DNA of 60,562 nt, counting the filler, from Hausera hauseri (Eukaryota), in NCBI GenBank assembly GCA_046269625.1. It is 10 parts of 10 records of this genome, joined end to end, with 100 filler letters (N's around TTAATTAATTAA, not from the genome) between each part and the next. Parts side by side here need not be neighbours in the genome. Positions count along the whole stretch, not along the records: positions 21,822 to 29,305 come from JBJURY010012011.1; positions 29,406 to 34,497 come from JBJURY010338269.1; positions 34,598 to 41,996 come from JBJURY010017232.1; 7 more parts are not named here. The stretch is one strand, 5' to 3'. Within the stretch, counting starts at the first letter, position 1, and each line of letters opens with the position of its first letter. This document shows positions 23,268 to 34,936 of the stretch, piece by piece. The notes beneath the pieces were generated by a model that was given only the letters and a program-made list of their open reading frames with translations, searched no databases and was not told where the DNA came from. Both the position numbers and the translations under genes were made by a program.

Positions 23268-26234
23268 AATAAAACTAAATCAAGAATAGAAAAAAATGTC
23301 AAATGGAACTCTGAACTCGTTTGATAATTTATCACATTAATTTCTTGATCTCAGCCAGCGGTGAGTTTAAAGCATGATAATTCATATGTGGACTAGTTAT
23401 TTATGAAGCCAATTATGTTTCTTATCTATTTGTGTTCTGAATATTAGAACATGGAACTTGTAAAACGATTTGAAATGTGTAACTGTGTACTTGTGATGTG
23501 TAACTATGAACTTGTGATGTGTAACAGTGAACTTGTAATTGTATTTTTTTTAATTTAATACACATACAAAACAGTAGTTACGGCTCTTCAGATTGGTAAA
23601 TACAAGTACACAAATAGTATTGTACAAGTTGCACATCAAAAAAATGTAATGTTCACAATTTTGCAACAATTGCACCAAAATAAATGTTGCAAAATGAAAT
23701 GACACTTGTATAATAACATCTTGTCACGAAAAAAAAATTAACCATATTTTTTCTATGTGCACAAACACAAATAAGTGATTGCAACTGCACAAATCTGCTG
23801 CTGTGGGTTACAAATAGTTCCATACAAGTGATGAATCTGCTGCAGTGAATCACAGATACTGAAGTACAGGTCACACCTCGTTTCTGCTTGGCTCCGCCTT
23901 TTGAAACAAATTTAGCGGAGAAAACGATCTGTAACTTGTGGGTAATGCCATGCCTGTCCAGTGGAGGGCGCTGCCTGCTCTGGACTCAGTTACTGCTGTC
24001 TCGGTGTCACCACCGTCTGCTGCTTCTAAAACATGGACCTGGACTTTTTTCTTACCAACCTCCAGCTTTGCTTTGTTGAAAGATTCGTTTTAAAGGTAAT
24101 ATTAACACTTTACTCTGATTCTTTCTACATTATTTCTTCTTTACTGAAGGCTGCTAGCTATCTGCTAACATGTTGTTTAGTAGCCTACAACATCTAAACA
24201 AAATTGTTATCTTGATCTTATTGTGATGTTTTACTTTACTTCAGTTTATTTTACTAATGAAACTCACTGTGAGGACATATACGATTTAATCTGTATATCT
24301 GTTACTTTTGATTTCTTCTCTGGATCCAAGTCAACAAGTAGTTAGCTCATTTGCTAGCCTATGCTACGTTACATACAGGAAGAACTACGAACTGAGCTCA
24401 CAAGTCCCACATGCGTAGATTAGCGCAGCTGCAAAGGCTCCTTCAGACACACTCCGGTTTCCCAAGCGAGGTAGGTGCTCTCGATGTGCTCTTCATTGAG
24501 ATCGGTTTAAAATCATATTTATGCTAAAATTATAAACCCATAAAACCTGTCATTGTTAGTCTAACCAATGTTGGTTCTGTGTTTGTAAGGCTCGCTGTGT
24601 TTGTGTCGAAATAGTTACTTTGTGTGCAAGATTTCCTCCCGTTATCATGCTAAGCTAATTGAGGCTAATCTCGCTAGCTAGTGATTGTTTTGGTAATGTT
24701 TTATTGTCTTTCTGCCCTGAACAGACTCATGCAGGCAGTTGTAACACATACTGATGGGATTCTATGTACTGTTTATTATACCAGGTAGGTTCAAATGTGT
24801 ATAGTTACATACATTTTGTTTTATAGATGTTTTACTGTAATTGTGTTAGTTGCTGTTGTTTTACACTGTTAAATGAATTTTGAATGTTTCATGAGGAAAT
24901 AAATTATGTAGTGCTCGGAAATGTTAAATTGTTAAATGAATATTTTTGGAAAAACACTATTTGATCACATCTTAAAAATAAAATAATGCTGGATGCTGGT
25001 GGAGATCCATGCATGCAGTATTAATACACACAGATGGAAATCTGTGCTGTTTATTATATCAGATCTCTACAGTAGAGAACACTGAAGAGTAGTCCTTTGT
25101 TTGTGACCTGATCTTACACACATATGGTTATACTGATGACAAGAAGCAATGTCCAGAGTTACATTAGATTATAATTAAAGGCCTTTTGGCCTGGTAGTAA
25201 GGCCTCCAACAAAATGTGTCTGTAATATGTTAAGTAGCCTACTAGTATAATTAATGGTGTTTACATTGAAAAGTACCTGTACACAACACAAACTGTAATT
25301 GTTGTATTTTGTTTAGTAAAATCACCCAAAACCACCCATACAATCGGCCAATTAAAGAAGCAGAAATCATCACCTGGCCTTGTTATTTGTTAAAAAATAC
25401 ATAAATGCATGGTTTCAATGTCATTAGTGCAAAATGAGCATGAGTTTTCTATATTTAACCAAAGTCTTAAAAGTTTGTCCTTTTGAACCTGCTGCTCCTT
25501 CAAGTTCCTATGAACCTGTTGGAAAAAGGCTTTATGTACTAAAAACACCATAAGCTCCAGGGAACAGTGTCACACTTGAATCATCAGTGAAATACAAACT
25601 ATTAGCTGACACCTGTTTAAGGAAATGTGATACTAGTGTTTATTTATTGTGGCTGCCTGGTTAGCTAGTTATAAGGAAAAAAATCATCACATTATCAGAC
25701 TATTTAAGGTAGAGCAAGCTACTTATTTTTTTAAGACATTGGCTAGAAATATAGGGTAGAAATGATAAAGTTCACTTATTGATATACAGGCAGCCTCCAC
25801 CTGTTATTAAAATGAATATCCACTGAAGTACTCGGACCATGCAGACAGAAATGCTGGGGATGCTGATAATATGTACTTGGATATTTATTTTAAATTTAGC
25901 ATTTCTTTATTATTCGTGAACAGGTGCCAAATCTGATGACCCTCTGTTGCCTCTCTGCATTTCTTCCATCATTTCCCAAACACCAGCCTCCAGGAAGTGA
26001 AGTGGCGATGTGCACAGTTAGGAACGGCACAGCAGACTGCAGGAGAGGATGGAAGTAAAGACGAAGCAAGGTGGAGTGGACATCGCTGACCCAGCTGTGG
26101 CACATTTCCCACCAGTTTAGGATGAGGGAGAGATGAACAACCACAAATGGTTGGACAGAACTGAAGGTTTATAAAATGTATGTAAATTGAGTAACATTGG
26201 GAGCTTAACAATTGCTAAATCAGTAATATGTGAT

Positions 26235-27083
26235 AAGTGGTGGAGAAAGTACCCAAATACTGTACTTAAGTAAAAGTACAGATAAACTGACAAATACATA
26301 CTCTAGTAAAAGTCAAAGTATCACATTAACATTTTACTTGAGTAAGAGTAAGTAAGTACTTGGTTTTAAAAGTACTTAAAGTATTAAAGTAAAAGTACTT
26401 TCTTAATGTATTCCCTAATGGTCTACAATATGAAGTGTGCCTACAGTGTATGTATATTTTTTAATGTATCAATGGTGTCATGTTAGTGAACAATGCTGCA
26501 CATAATGCATGTTTTTGTGCTTACCCCCTGTGACACTGTTCACACTTGGACTTCTGTGCAACCTCTGACATTGTGACAACAGCTATGGAAGCTGTCCTCT
26601 ATCAAATCTCCTTTTTTGAACAGGTTTACTTGAATAAGTCTTTTAAATAAGGCCATGATTGGCAGATTTCCTCGGGCTGACTCTCCAAGGTGGAATTGTT
26701 GGTGCTAGTGCTGCTACTGATGCTCCAGCAGGTGATGCAGAATCAGCCCACTCTTCTTGACGGAGGGTCTAATGTTATTTTACTGCTTTGCAGTGGTTCG
26801 GTGGACCCATTACAGCAATTCCCCTCCCACTATTTAGTTTCAAAGTAACAAAGAAATAAAAAAAGAATAATGTGACGTGAATGTAACTTGTACTTCAACA
26901 CATTACAGAAATGTACTGGAGTAGAAAGTACAGATACCTAATGTAAAATGTAGTGAAGTACAAGTGAAAAGTACCCATGATGAAAACTACTTCAGTAAAG
27001 TACAAATACATAAAAAATGTACTTAAGTACAGTAACAAAGTACTTAAGTGTGGTGTAACAAAGTACTTTACACCCCACCACTG
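26235..27083. mobile_element. Teleost-type non-autonomous DNA transposon (AGTA-rich subterminal repeats)
   Basis: Ends AGTGGTGG...CCACCACTG, with dense aaagtac/tacttaagta motifs at both ends. Confidence 0.7.
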
Positions 27084-29046
27084 GATAAATCTTCAAATAA
27101 TAAATAAACCAATGATGACAAAATCAAGGCAATAACAGACATGCCCGGATATTTTGATTTGTTCTTTTCATGTACATAATGTGTTTATGTTTTTTTTTAA
27201 ATCTAACAAACCTGGGTCTTTCTTCATGGATAACTTATATCGTCACAGCCATGTGTAAAACCAAAACAGTGTGAAATTGCACAAGGAACGGATATTGCCA
27301 TTCAAGACAAGGATTACAACAATGATGCATCAGTAATGTGTAGTTTTTAATGAAATGTTAATTTTATCATTTTTGTGAACAAAATAATACATTAACATAT
27401 TGTGTGGCCTGGCATTTTTGTGCTCCTGTTGCATGTCGTGATGCTCTTGACTTACGGGTACTGAGAGTTGATCATGAGGCCTCTGATCCTGACACCAAGC
27501 TTGTGGTTGTTGTTGTCATATTGGTGTACGCTTCCTAAACATCATACCAAAATATTAACATGTAATGTTTCTTAAATACACAAACATTACCTGCCATCCT
27601 GAAAGGCTTAATTATTTTTCACATTTTGCAGCTCATGGAAGCGACAAGTTATAAACATGATCCAGATTTCCCTCCCTCCTCCTGTTTTACGATACATATT
27701 TTCATCATACCCTTTATTAATTTCTAGCCAGTATCACACGAAGTGGAGAACACCAAATCGATAGAATAGCCCATTTTGGTTAGTAGGTGATGCCTGCAAT
27801 TCCAAAGCTGTTCTTGTAGATAATGTCATATGATTATGATTTTATTGTGCACTTTTGGCATAACCAACTCATAGCTGCCACCAACTTACAGTGGCTGTTA
27901 TCAAATGGATATATACTCGTATAAACCTTTTTAGATGATGGCTCAAACTGGTTTCTTAAGAAGACTATTCAGCGTAATGCATTTCACATTTAAAGCGCTC
28001 TTGTGGAGCTGACTGGGAGGGAAAACAATGACTTTGGAGTCCCACATGGTAGCAGTAATGCGCTGATTTTTCAAACTGACCAAAACAAACGGGAAGAAGA
28101 CGTACAAAAACGCGGGGATCTGTGATGAGCGCGCTCCATTCACGACTGACTCCGATGATGTTCTCTGAGTGACCGGGTATGTAGCCTATGTCACAAATTA
28201 TTTAGAACTTGCCATGTAAAAATCCATAACGCGTTATTGTTGCAATAGCAATTACTTACTGATTGTTGTCTGTTGACAACTAACCTTTTCACCACAGCTT
28301 AATATGACCTATGCTACAACAAAAAAAGAGAGAAAAAAAATCACAAGTTCTAGCCATTCCGTTATTATGGTAAAACACTAACTCGTGTCTTGGGCATCGT
28401 TGTATCTTTTTCCTGCAGCACAATGGCAGACCAAGCAAGCTCATCGCAGGTACGTTTGTATTTTGCTTTAAAATTAATCGTCATGTCTTTAAGCTTGAAA
28501 TTTTTCTGAGCTTGGTAGATATTTCTTCGATTCCAATAGCGTTTGGACATAAAGCTCTTTGGCTTCGTAGGATCACCGGTTCCAAACTGCGGTTATTATC
28601 TCACTCGTCCCAGCAGCCAATACTACTTTTTATGTCGCCAGTGTAGGCTACTGTTAGCACGGAGCCCGCCAGGGTCAGTGTGAGAAAAAAAACTGAACAG
28701 CTGCCGAAAATCCATGCGCACAAATTTTTAGGAACTTTTAGGGGGGTGTATTGCTACAACTGATGAGAGGCAACCCTATTTATGATGGTTTATTAAATGT
28801 TTTATGTTGTTGGAAAGTGGATTTATTGTTCTCGAGTTAGGGTTCACCTTTGTAACCAGTCATTGATAAACGATCGATGAACTGCCGAATTTAGATTGAA
28901 AATTAATTGGGGATTTGTTAGTAGTTCTTGCTGTAGTAGTAGTGGTTCTGCAGGTGGTGACCATAGAGCACAAGTTCTCTGTTATCATCCTTTCTAGCTG
29001 ATTTTTTTGGTCATATTTTGTCAGTGCTCTCACCCCTAGTGGTAGC

Positions 29047-29305
29047 ATGAAGCACTGTCTACAACCCACAGAATTTGCTCAAGTAGCGCAGCTCATCCAA
29101 GATGACACATCAGTGAGAGCTATACCAAGAAGGTTTGCTGTGGCAAGAAGGGTTACTGTTTGCTATACAAGTGTCCAGAGCATGGAGCAGATACCAGATG
29201 ACAGGCCAGTACACCAGGACACATGGATGGGGCTGTAGTAGAACAACAACCTAGCAGCAGGACTGCTACCTTCTCCTTTGTGCAAGGAGGAACATGAAGA
29301 GCAGT
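29047..29305 (+). pseudogene. Tc1-like transposase N-terminal HTH fragment (teleost type)
   Basis: LQPTEFAQVAQLIQDDTSVRAIPRRFAV, then in another frame VSRAWSRYQMTGQY...TT*QQDCYLLLCARRN. Confidence 0.82.
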
Positions 29306-29405
29306 NNNNNNNNNNNNNNNNNNNNNNNNNNNNNNNNNNNNNNNNNNNNTTAATTAATTAANNNNNNNNNNNNNNNNNNNNNNNNNNNNNNNNNNNNNNN
29401 NNNNN
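29306..29405. other. Artificial contig spacer
   Basis: 44N-TTAATTAATTAA-44N. Confidence 0.98.
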
Positions 29406-30575
29406 GGACGGAAATGTTTACGGTATCGTGTGCTGAGTCCTTCGGGCTTGGGGAAATTTCGTAGATTTTGTTTTGGGGTTGCTGGGAATCCATTTATGTT
29501 CCCACTTTAATTCGGCATTTATACCCCTTAGATATTGGGATCGTTGACTATCGGTAAATAGTCGGCTTATTTTTATATTTCCTCCAGTCATTGCCTCTAC
29601 CATTAACTTAAATCGGCCTTCCACGGTCGGTGGTAGATGACCCTTTTTTCTCTTTAACCTTGATTTCCATTTGTCCCATTACAGTTCGGTGGGTCTCTAT
29701 CTCTCTCATTCCGGCTATGTGAGTTATTGGTATGTTTAATTTCTCTATCATTCTTTCTACTTGATACCCCACTAAGACGTATTTGTATAGGCACTGTGCT
29801 ACTTCCTCTTGCACTAATCTGGAATCCTTTCAATGAATTAATTGTTCTCTTTTAATCCCGGTTACTTCTGCATAGGTTTGTCGTACTTTCTTTCTTGGGT
29901 TAATGATTTTCAAATAGACTTCGGCCTCGTTTTCTTCTCGTATGGATATTTGAATTGGGATATAATTTCCTTCATCTGCTTCTCCATAATTTATCGCGGT
30001 AATCCTGATATTTCAGTCATCGGTTACCAATCTTAATGAGTGCAGATGCGCGTCCTGTTCTTCTTCGTGGGCCTTTGCTTAAACTCTAGGGGTAACAGTG
30101 AAGTAGCTATTGTTTCCTCTTCGGTTATTTCGACCATCATTTTTACGGGTAAGGCGGCTATATAAAATTCCAGCTCCTAATTGTGGAAATTTCTACTGTT
30201 AAATACAAATGTGCTAAACCGACTTTGTCTTCCTAGGAATGAATCCCATTTTTGGTTTTTCAGCCGATAATAGATTTCCCCGTCGGCTAAGTGTACATAT
30301 ATTTTCTGTTCTTTATCCGTTTGGTGCTGGGTGATCTGTTTTAAGGGGTATGCTTTGGCATCCTTATCTTCTCTCCAGGCATATAAATATATAGCTCTGG
30401 CCTCTGCAGTTGTTCCTTTTAAATTGTTTGGTATGTCGTCAACTTTTTTGTACTGAATGAAGTTTTATCCTCGTAATTTTGTGTTGATTTGCCTATAAAT
30501 GGCTTTGGAGTTTGAGATCCGGACGGTTACGTACTGTTGCAGGAATTCGTCGATGCTAGGTCGACTCGTGTTCAT
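29406..30575 (-). pseudogene. Unknown extra ORF downstream of the membrane protein (decayed)
   Basis: ATG at 30575 (MNTSRPSIDEFLQQYVTVRI...) a short way after a TTTTTTTTCAG acceptor-like site. Long coding-like stretches broken by stops; includes ORFs 29608-29814 and 29418-29624. Confidence 0.45.
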
Positions 30576-30693
30576 TTTGATTCGGTTACTTACCAGTCTG
30601 AAAAAAAATATAAAGGTTAATCTTAAAACAAAGTATGGCTTTAAACCAAAACCAATTCTTTGTTTGATGACAAAATAACCTGATCTGTAATTG

Positions 30694-32110
30694 TCAGGTT
30701 ATTTTATCATATGGATCTACAGGGTTTTCCAATTCCCTTAATTCCCATTCTGAATTTTTAGGACGCTTAGAATAATGGGTTTTGGCGACTAATCGAAAAA
30801 TCGCAATTAACATAATGAGAAAAAACGTTGATGTTACTGCAATAGTTATAATTGGTAAGACGGTTAATACCAATGGTGCTTGAGTAGTAACAAAAGTTGT
30901 GGTTTCGTCGTTTTCATTCACATATACGTGCGGTTCTGCATGAATTCCGTCCGAGGTACGTAGTGTAACCGTCTGGTTTTGCTTATTCTTTGCATGCACT
31001 TGTATTATGTGTTCAAACTGTGGTTTTAGTAAGCTGCATTCTACCTGATAAGTATTTTTAATTATTATTATAATTTGAGTATTATAGGTTGTCCGACAAC
31101 TTATGTGTATATCGTAATTTTGTGTCTTTTCCACAAAGAATACGATTTTATAGCAGTGTGCCTTATATTTGATAGGGCCGTTTTCCAATTCCACTTTCGG
31201 TACGTTGTTTGCCACAACAGTTCAAGTAGTGGGATTAACCTTAGTAGTCGACTTTTTGGTCGTAGTGTCCACTGAAATTTCTCAGATTTTATTTTCTGGA
31301 TAGTAAGTTCGGAGTTGCACACTTGGTCTGCAAGGTCGTACTTCATATAAATCAAATTTATTTTGAATGCCCGATTTACAGGTACCTTACAACATTGACG
31401 TTGTACGCCCGCTCGAACAGAACAATATCTTATTTTTGGAGTCGGCCCCATCGTTGCTTCGAATGTGATACTAATTTCTCGGTTACTAGTTAGTTCGGCT
31501 CGGGCGTTCACCTGGATACATTGTTTTGCCTTATTAACAGAGATTTTCTGGTTATTCTCATCTAATAACCTTATATCCGTGTTAGTAGATCTTAACACCT
31601 CGTTAAGTTTTATTCCATGATTTCTGTTACATGCAGAAATAACTAATTGAAATTGTGGTTTCGTTTCAATATATGCTTCTACTGAATCCAGCAGGTACAT
31701 GCGGTAGGTAAGATTATAAGTTTGTCCAAAGTCGACGTCGCAAAACTGTGTATAATCTTCCGGTTCAAAATCACAGTTCTTTGCTTCTATTGTGGTTACA
31801 TCTTCTAGGACAATCTGAAATCTTCCGAAATCGTGGTGCGGTTTCCAAGCTTTGAATCCAACACATACGGAGTCTGGTGAATAATAATGAATTGTCATCG
31901 ATTGCAATAATTTAATGGCTTCTGGTTTTTGGATTTCTTCGTCTGTCGGTTTCTTTTCTATTTTAGTATCCTCCGATTTCAATCCGCTTTTCCGAATTCC
32001 ATATATGTCTCCCAGCGTAGATTCATCGTGCCACCATTGAGTTTGTGCTCTCGAAATATGAGAAGCAATTAACAATAATGGTAAAACTATCTGCACGTAT
32101 GATATAGGTC
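30694..32110 (-). pseudogene. Type I membrane protein with FN3-like ectodomain in the env position (one frameshift and one stop near 31220-31300)
   Basis: Signal-like YVQIVLPLLLIASHISRA (~32046-32100). FN3-like motifs GQTYNLTYRMY, ENGPIKYKAHCY and LLKPQFEHIIQVHAKN. TM segment LVLTVLPIITIAVTSTFFLIMLIAIF (~30795-30875) and a short tail. Confidence 0.72.
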
Positions 32111-32918
32111 TAGCAACTATCGGGGAAGCCTTGAACTCGCGTTGGCGTAAATTATAGCGTTTATTGGGTCGTATTTCAGTCTTAACAACTCTTTGTACTG
32201 ATAAGACTTCTTCTTTCCCATTCTTATTGATATATACTGCGGTTGGCGTAACTCTGGTAACTTCGTACGGTTCTCTGACTGCACCAGTTAATTTTAATGA
32301 TGTGCCTTTCCTGGATACTGGATAATGTACATAAACCCAATTTCCTTGTTTTAGATCGTGCGGCTTTGCTGTCTTATCACATTGCTTTTTAAACTGTTCT
32401 TGATATTCTTGAGATAACGCCTTGGCGATTTCCCTACACTTTTGTAGCCGCGTCTGTAGTACTTCTGCAAAATTTTGTTCTAAATCTTCGGGATTGACCG
32501 TATATGGCGTCATTCCTAAATCTGTGGGTAACACAGCTTCATGTCCATACATCATAAAAAATGGTGTAAATCCTGTCGCTGGATGTGGTGTGGTATTAAT
32601 GGCAAATTGAGTTCCTTCCAAGAATTCGTCCCGATCTTTTTGGTCCTTAGCGACTACTGTGGATAATATACGTATGACAGTTGCGTTCATTCGTTCAACA
32701 ATCCCATTACATTGAGGATGATACGCAGTAGTTGTTAGCCGTTCAATTTCAAATATCTTAGTGATCTTGTGGGTTGTAGGAAGAGGTCCTACAATATCCA
32801 TAGAAATAGCTTGCATAGGTCTCTCTGGCACATTAATTGGTTTTAATTCAGCCATGTAATTTTTCGTCTTCTTTTGTTTAGTTGCACATACTTCGCAGGC
32901 ATTTAACCAATTCTTCAC
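31101..32918 (-). CDS. 605-aa ORF: Gypsy integrase (internal deletion in the core) fused in frame to the membrane-protein ectodomain
   Basis: CEVC, MDIVGPLP, AYHPQCNGIVERMN, TGFTPFFMMYG and RYNLR, with no stop before the hydrophobic signal segment. The region holding the second catalytic Asp is absent. Confidence 0.85.
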   Translation of the reverse strand: MKNWLNACEVCATKQKKTKNYMAELKPINVPERPMQAISMDIVGPLPTTHKITKIFEIERLTTTAYHPQCNGIVERMNATVIRILSTVVAKDQKDRDEFLEGTQFAINTTPHPATGFTPFFMMYGHEAVLPTDLGMTPYTVNPEDLEQNFAEVLQTRLQKCREIAKALSQEYQEQFKKQCDKTAKPHDLKQGNWVYVHYPVSRKGTSLKLTGAVREPYEVTRVTPTAVYINKNGKEEVLSVQRVVKTEIRPNKRYNLRQREFKASPIVARPISYVQIVLPLLLIASHISRAQTQWWHDESTLGDIYGIRKSGLKSEDTKIEKKPTDEEIQKPEAIKLLQSMTIHYYSPDSVCVGFKAWKPHHDFGRFQIVLEDVTTIEAKNCDFEPEDYTQFCDVDFGQTYNLTYRMYLLDSVEAYIETKPQFQLVISACNRNHGIKLNEVLRSTNTDIRLLDENNQKISVNKAKQCIQVNARAELTSNREISITFEATMGPTPKIRYCSVRAGVQRQCCKVPVNRAFKINLIYMKYDLADQVCNSELTIQKIKSEKFQWTLRPKSRLLRLIPLLELLWQTTYRKWNWKTALSNIRHTAIKSYSLWKRHKITIYT

Positions 32919-33299
32919 ATCAATGTAGATACTAGGCTAAAAGTATTTATTCATTATTCTCTCTAATGTTTTCTTCCTGGACATGTATCCGGCTAGGTAC
33001 GAGTCATGTTTTGACGTTAGCACTTTAGTTCGTAACCCTTTGGGTATGACTATCAATTTCCTTTCTCTGCTCGTAATATAAAATATCTCCATCGCTCTTG
33101 TCATTCAGGACGCAGTATTTATGTCCATGTCTGTGGAAATGCTTCTTTAGCTGTCGTCCCTTCGGTATGATGTCCTTTTTTGCAAATTCTATATTCTGCT
33201 TAATAACTTTATCCTTTCTCTGTTCTGAGGAGATTTTAATGGCTTTATCCAGCGCTAAAGCGCGTTGGCGGTATACTATTGCTTCAAGTTGACTTTTCT

Positions 33300-34497
33300 T
33301 TATTACCGTGATTGCGCTTGTTTTAGTTTTTAATCTTGATAGTGCATCGGCGTCTACATGTTTATTTCCTGGCTTATATTGAAATTCAATATTTTATCTC
33401 GATATTTCTTCGATCCATCTGTTAAGTCTGCATGTCGGGTTGTTTGCTCGGCCTTTCAAGGTCGTAGCGGCCTTGTGATCATTGACGATTATAATTTTCT
33501 GCCCGTGAACGTAAACGTTGAAGTGGAAAAGTGCTTCTTTTACGGCTAGAGTTTCCAATTCGGTAACAGAATAGTTTTTCGCGGTCTTCAAGGAACGTCC
33601 TCCATAAGCAATCGGGTGCTCTAATTATTCATCTTCTCTTTTCTGCGCTAATTCATATTCAATACCTTCTTTACTGGCGTATGTCTTGATTATGAAAGGT
33701 AAGCTAAAGTCTGGATAACGTAAAACGGGTTCGCTTTTTAATATCTTTTTCATCTCATCAAAGGCTTTCTGTTCGACGTCATCCTATTTCCATTTAATTC
33801 CTTTTTAAGCAGACTATATAGAGGTGCGTTTATCTTTGAATTATCTGGCACAGGTTGCATAATAACCACAGAGTCCTAGCCAGTGCCTTCATTCTTTTTT
33901 GTTTTGCGGTTCCGTGCAGTCTGAAATTTTATTTAATAATGATTTATCCGGTTTCGATCCTCCTTCTCCAACTATATGGCCGAGGTAGGATACGGTATTT
34001 TGAGCCCATTTGCATTTCTTTGGATTTAACTTCAATCCGGCTTGTTCTATTCTCATCAGTGTGTGTTCAATATCCTTTAAGTGTTCCTTTTCGGTCTTTG
34101 ACGCTATTATTACATCGTCTCAGTACGCAAAAGCGTGATCCAATCCCATTAACATTTTATTCATCACTCTCGTAAATATGGCCGGCCCGGTAGTAATACC
34201 GAACGGCATGACGTTGAATTCGTAAACACCGTCGTGTGTTTTAAATGCTGTCTTATAACGGTGTTCATCCTCAATCTCTACTTGCCAATATTTGGATTAT
34301 AAATCTAGAGTAGTAAACCATTTTGCTCCTGAGAGTCTGTCTAGGGCCACTTTGACTGACGGTAACGGAAAGGAATCTTTCATCATAAGATTATTTAAAG
34401 CTCTGTAGTCAATACAAAATCGATGTTTTGTGGTACCTTTCTTGTTAACCATGAGGATCGGTGAGTACCAATATCTGTAGCTGGGCCTGATTATATC
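33300..34497 (-). pseudogene. Gypsy RT + RNase H, disrupted
   Basis: RFCIDYRALN, WFTTLDL, KTAFKT, MPFG, Y*DD and NYSVTELETLAV. Confidence 0.92.
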
Positions 34498-34597
34498 NNN
34501 NNNNNNNNNNNNNNNNNNNNNNNNNNNNNNNNNNNNNNNNNTTAATTAATTAANNNNNNNNNNNNNNNNNNNNNNNNNNNNNNNNNNNNNNNNNNNN
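34498..34597. other. Artificial contig spacer
   Basis: 44N-TTAATTAATTAA-44N. Confidence 0.98.
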
Positions 34598-34936
34598 GAA
34601 CAAATCAAATGATCAAAAAAAAATATTGCTCCATGATTTCATCTACCGGAAAGAGAAAGAAAAAATAATTTAAATTTATCTACAATTTAATTTGAAATCA
34701 TTCGGTGACATTAGTTGACAGTATTGTGAAAGTATTTAAAATTTTATGGATTTATCATAAAAAATTACAGTTTCTTTCACATTATTTTTGACATTCTTTA
34801 TTGAAAGTGTCGTTTCATAATTAAAATCAAACAACAGAATTGATACCCAGCGATCCAAATTGTCACAAAATACTAAAACTTGACATACTTTGTATTTCTT
34901 ATCCAATTCTACCACATTCGAAAATTTTTTGATATA

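Larger units (their letters stand above)
29406..34497 (-). mobile_element. Ty3/Gypsy element with pol fused to a membrane-protein cargo and an extra 3' ORF
   Basis: RT-RNase H-IN order followed by co-oriented non-pol coding sequence. Both ends are cut by the contig limits. Confidence 0.88.

Noticed and set aside
23955-23972. CTCF-like motif CCAGTGGAGGGCGC and nearby splice-like sites
   Set aside because: A single short motif with no assignable gene is not enough evidence.
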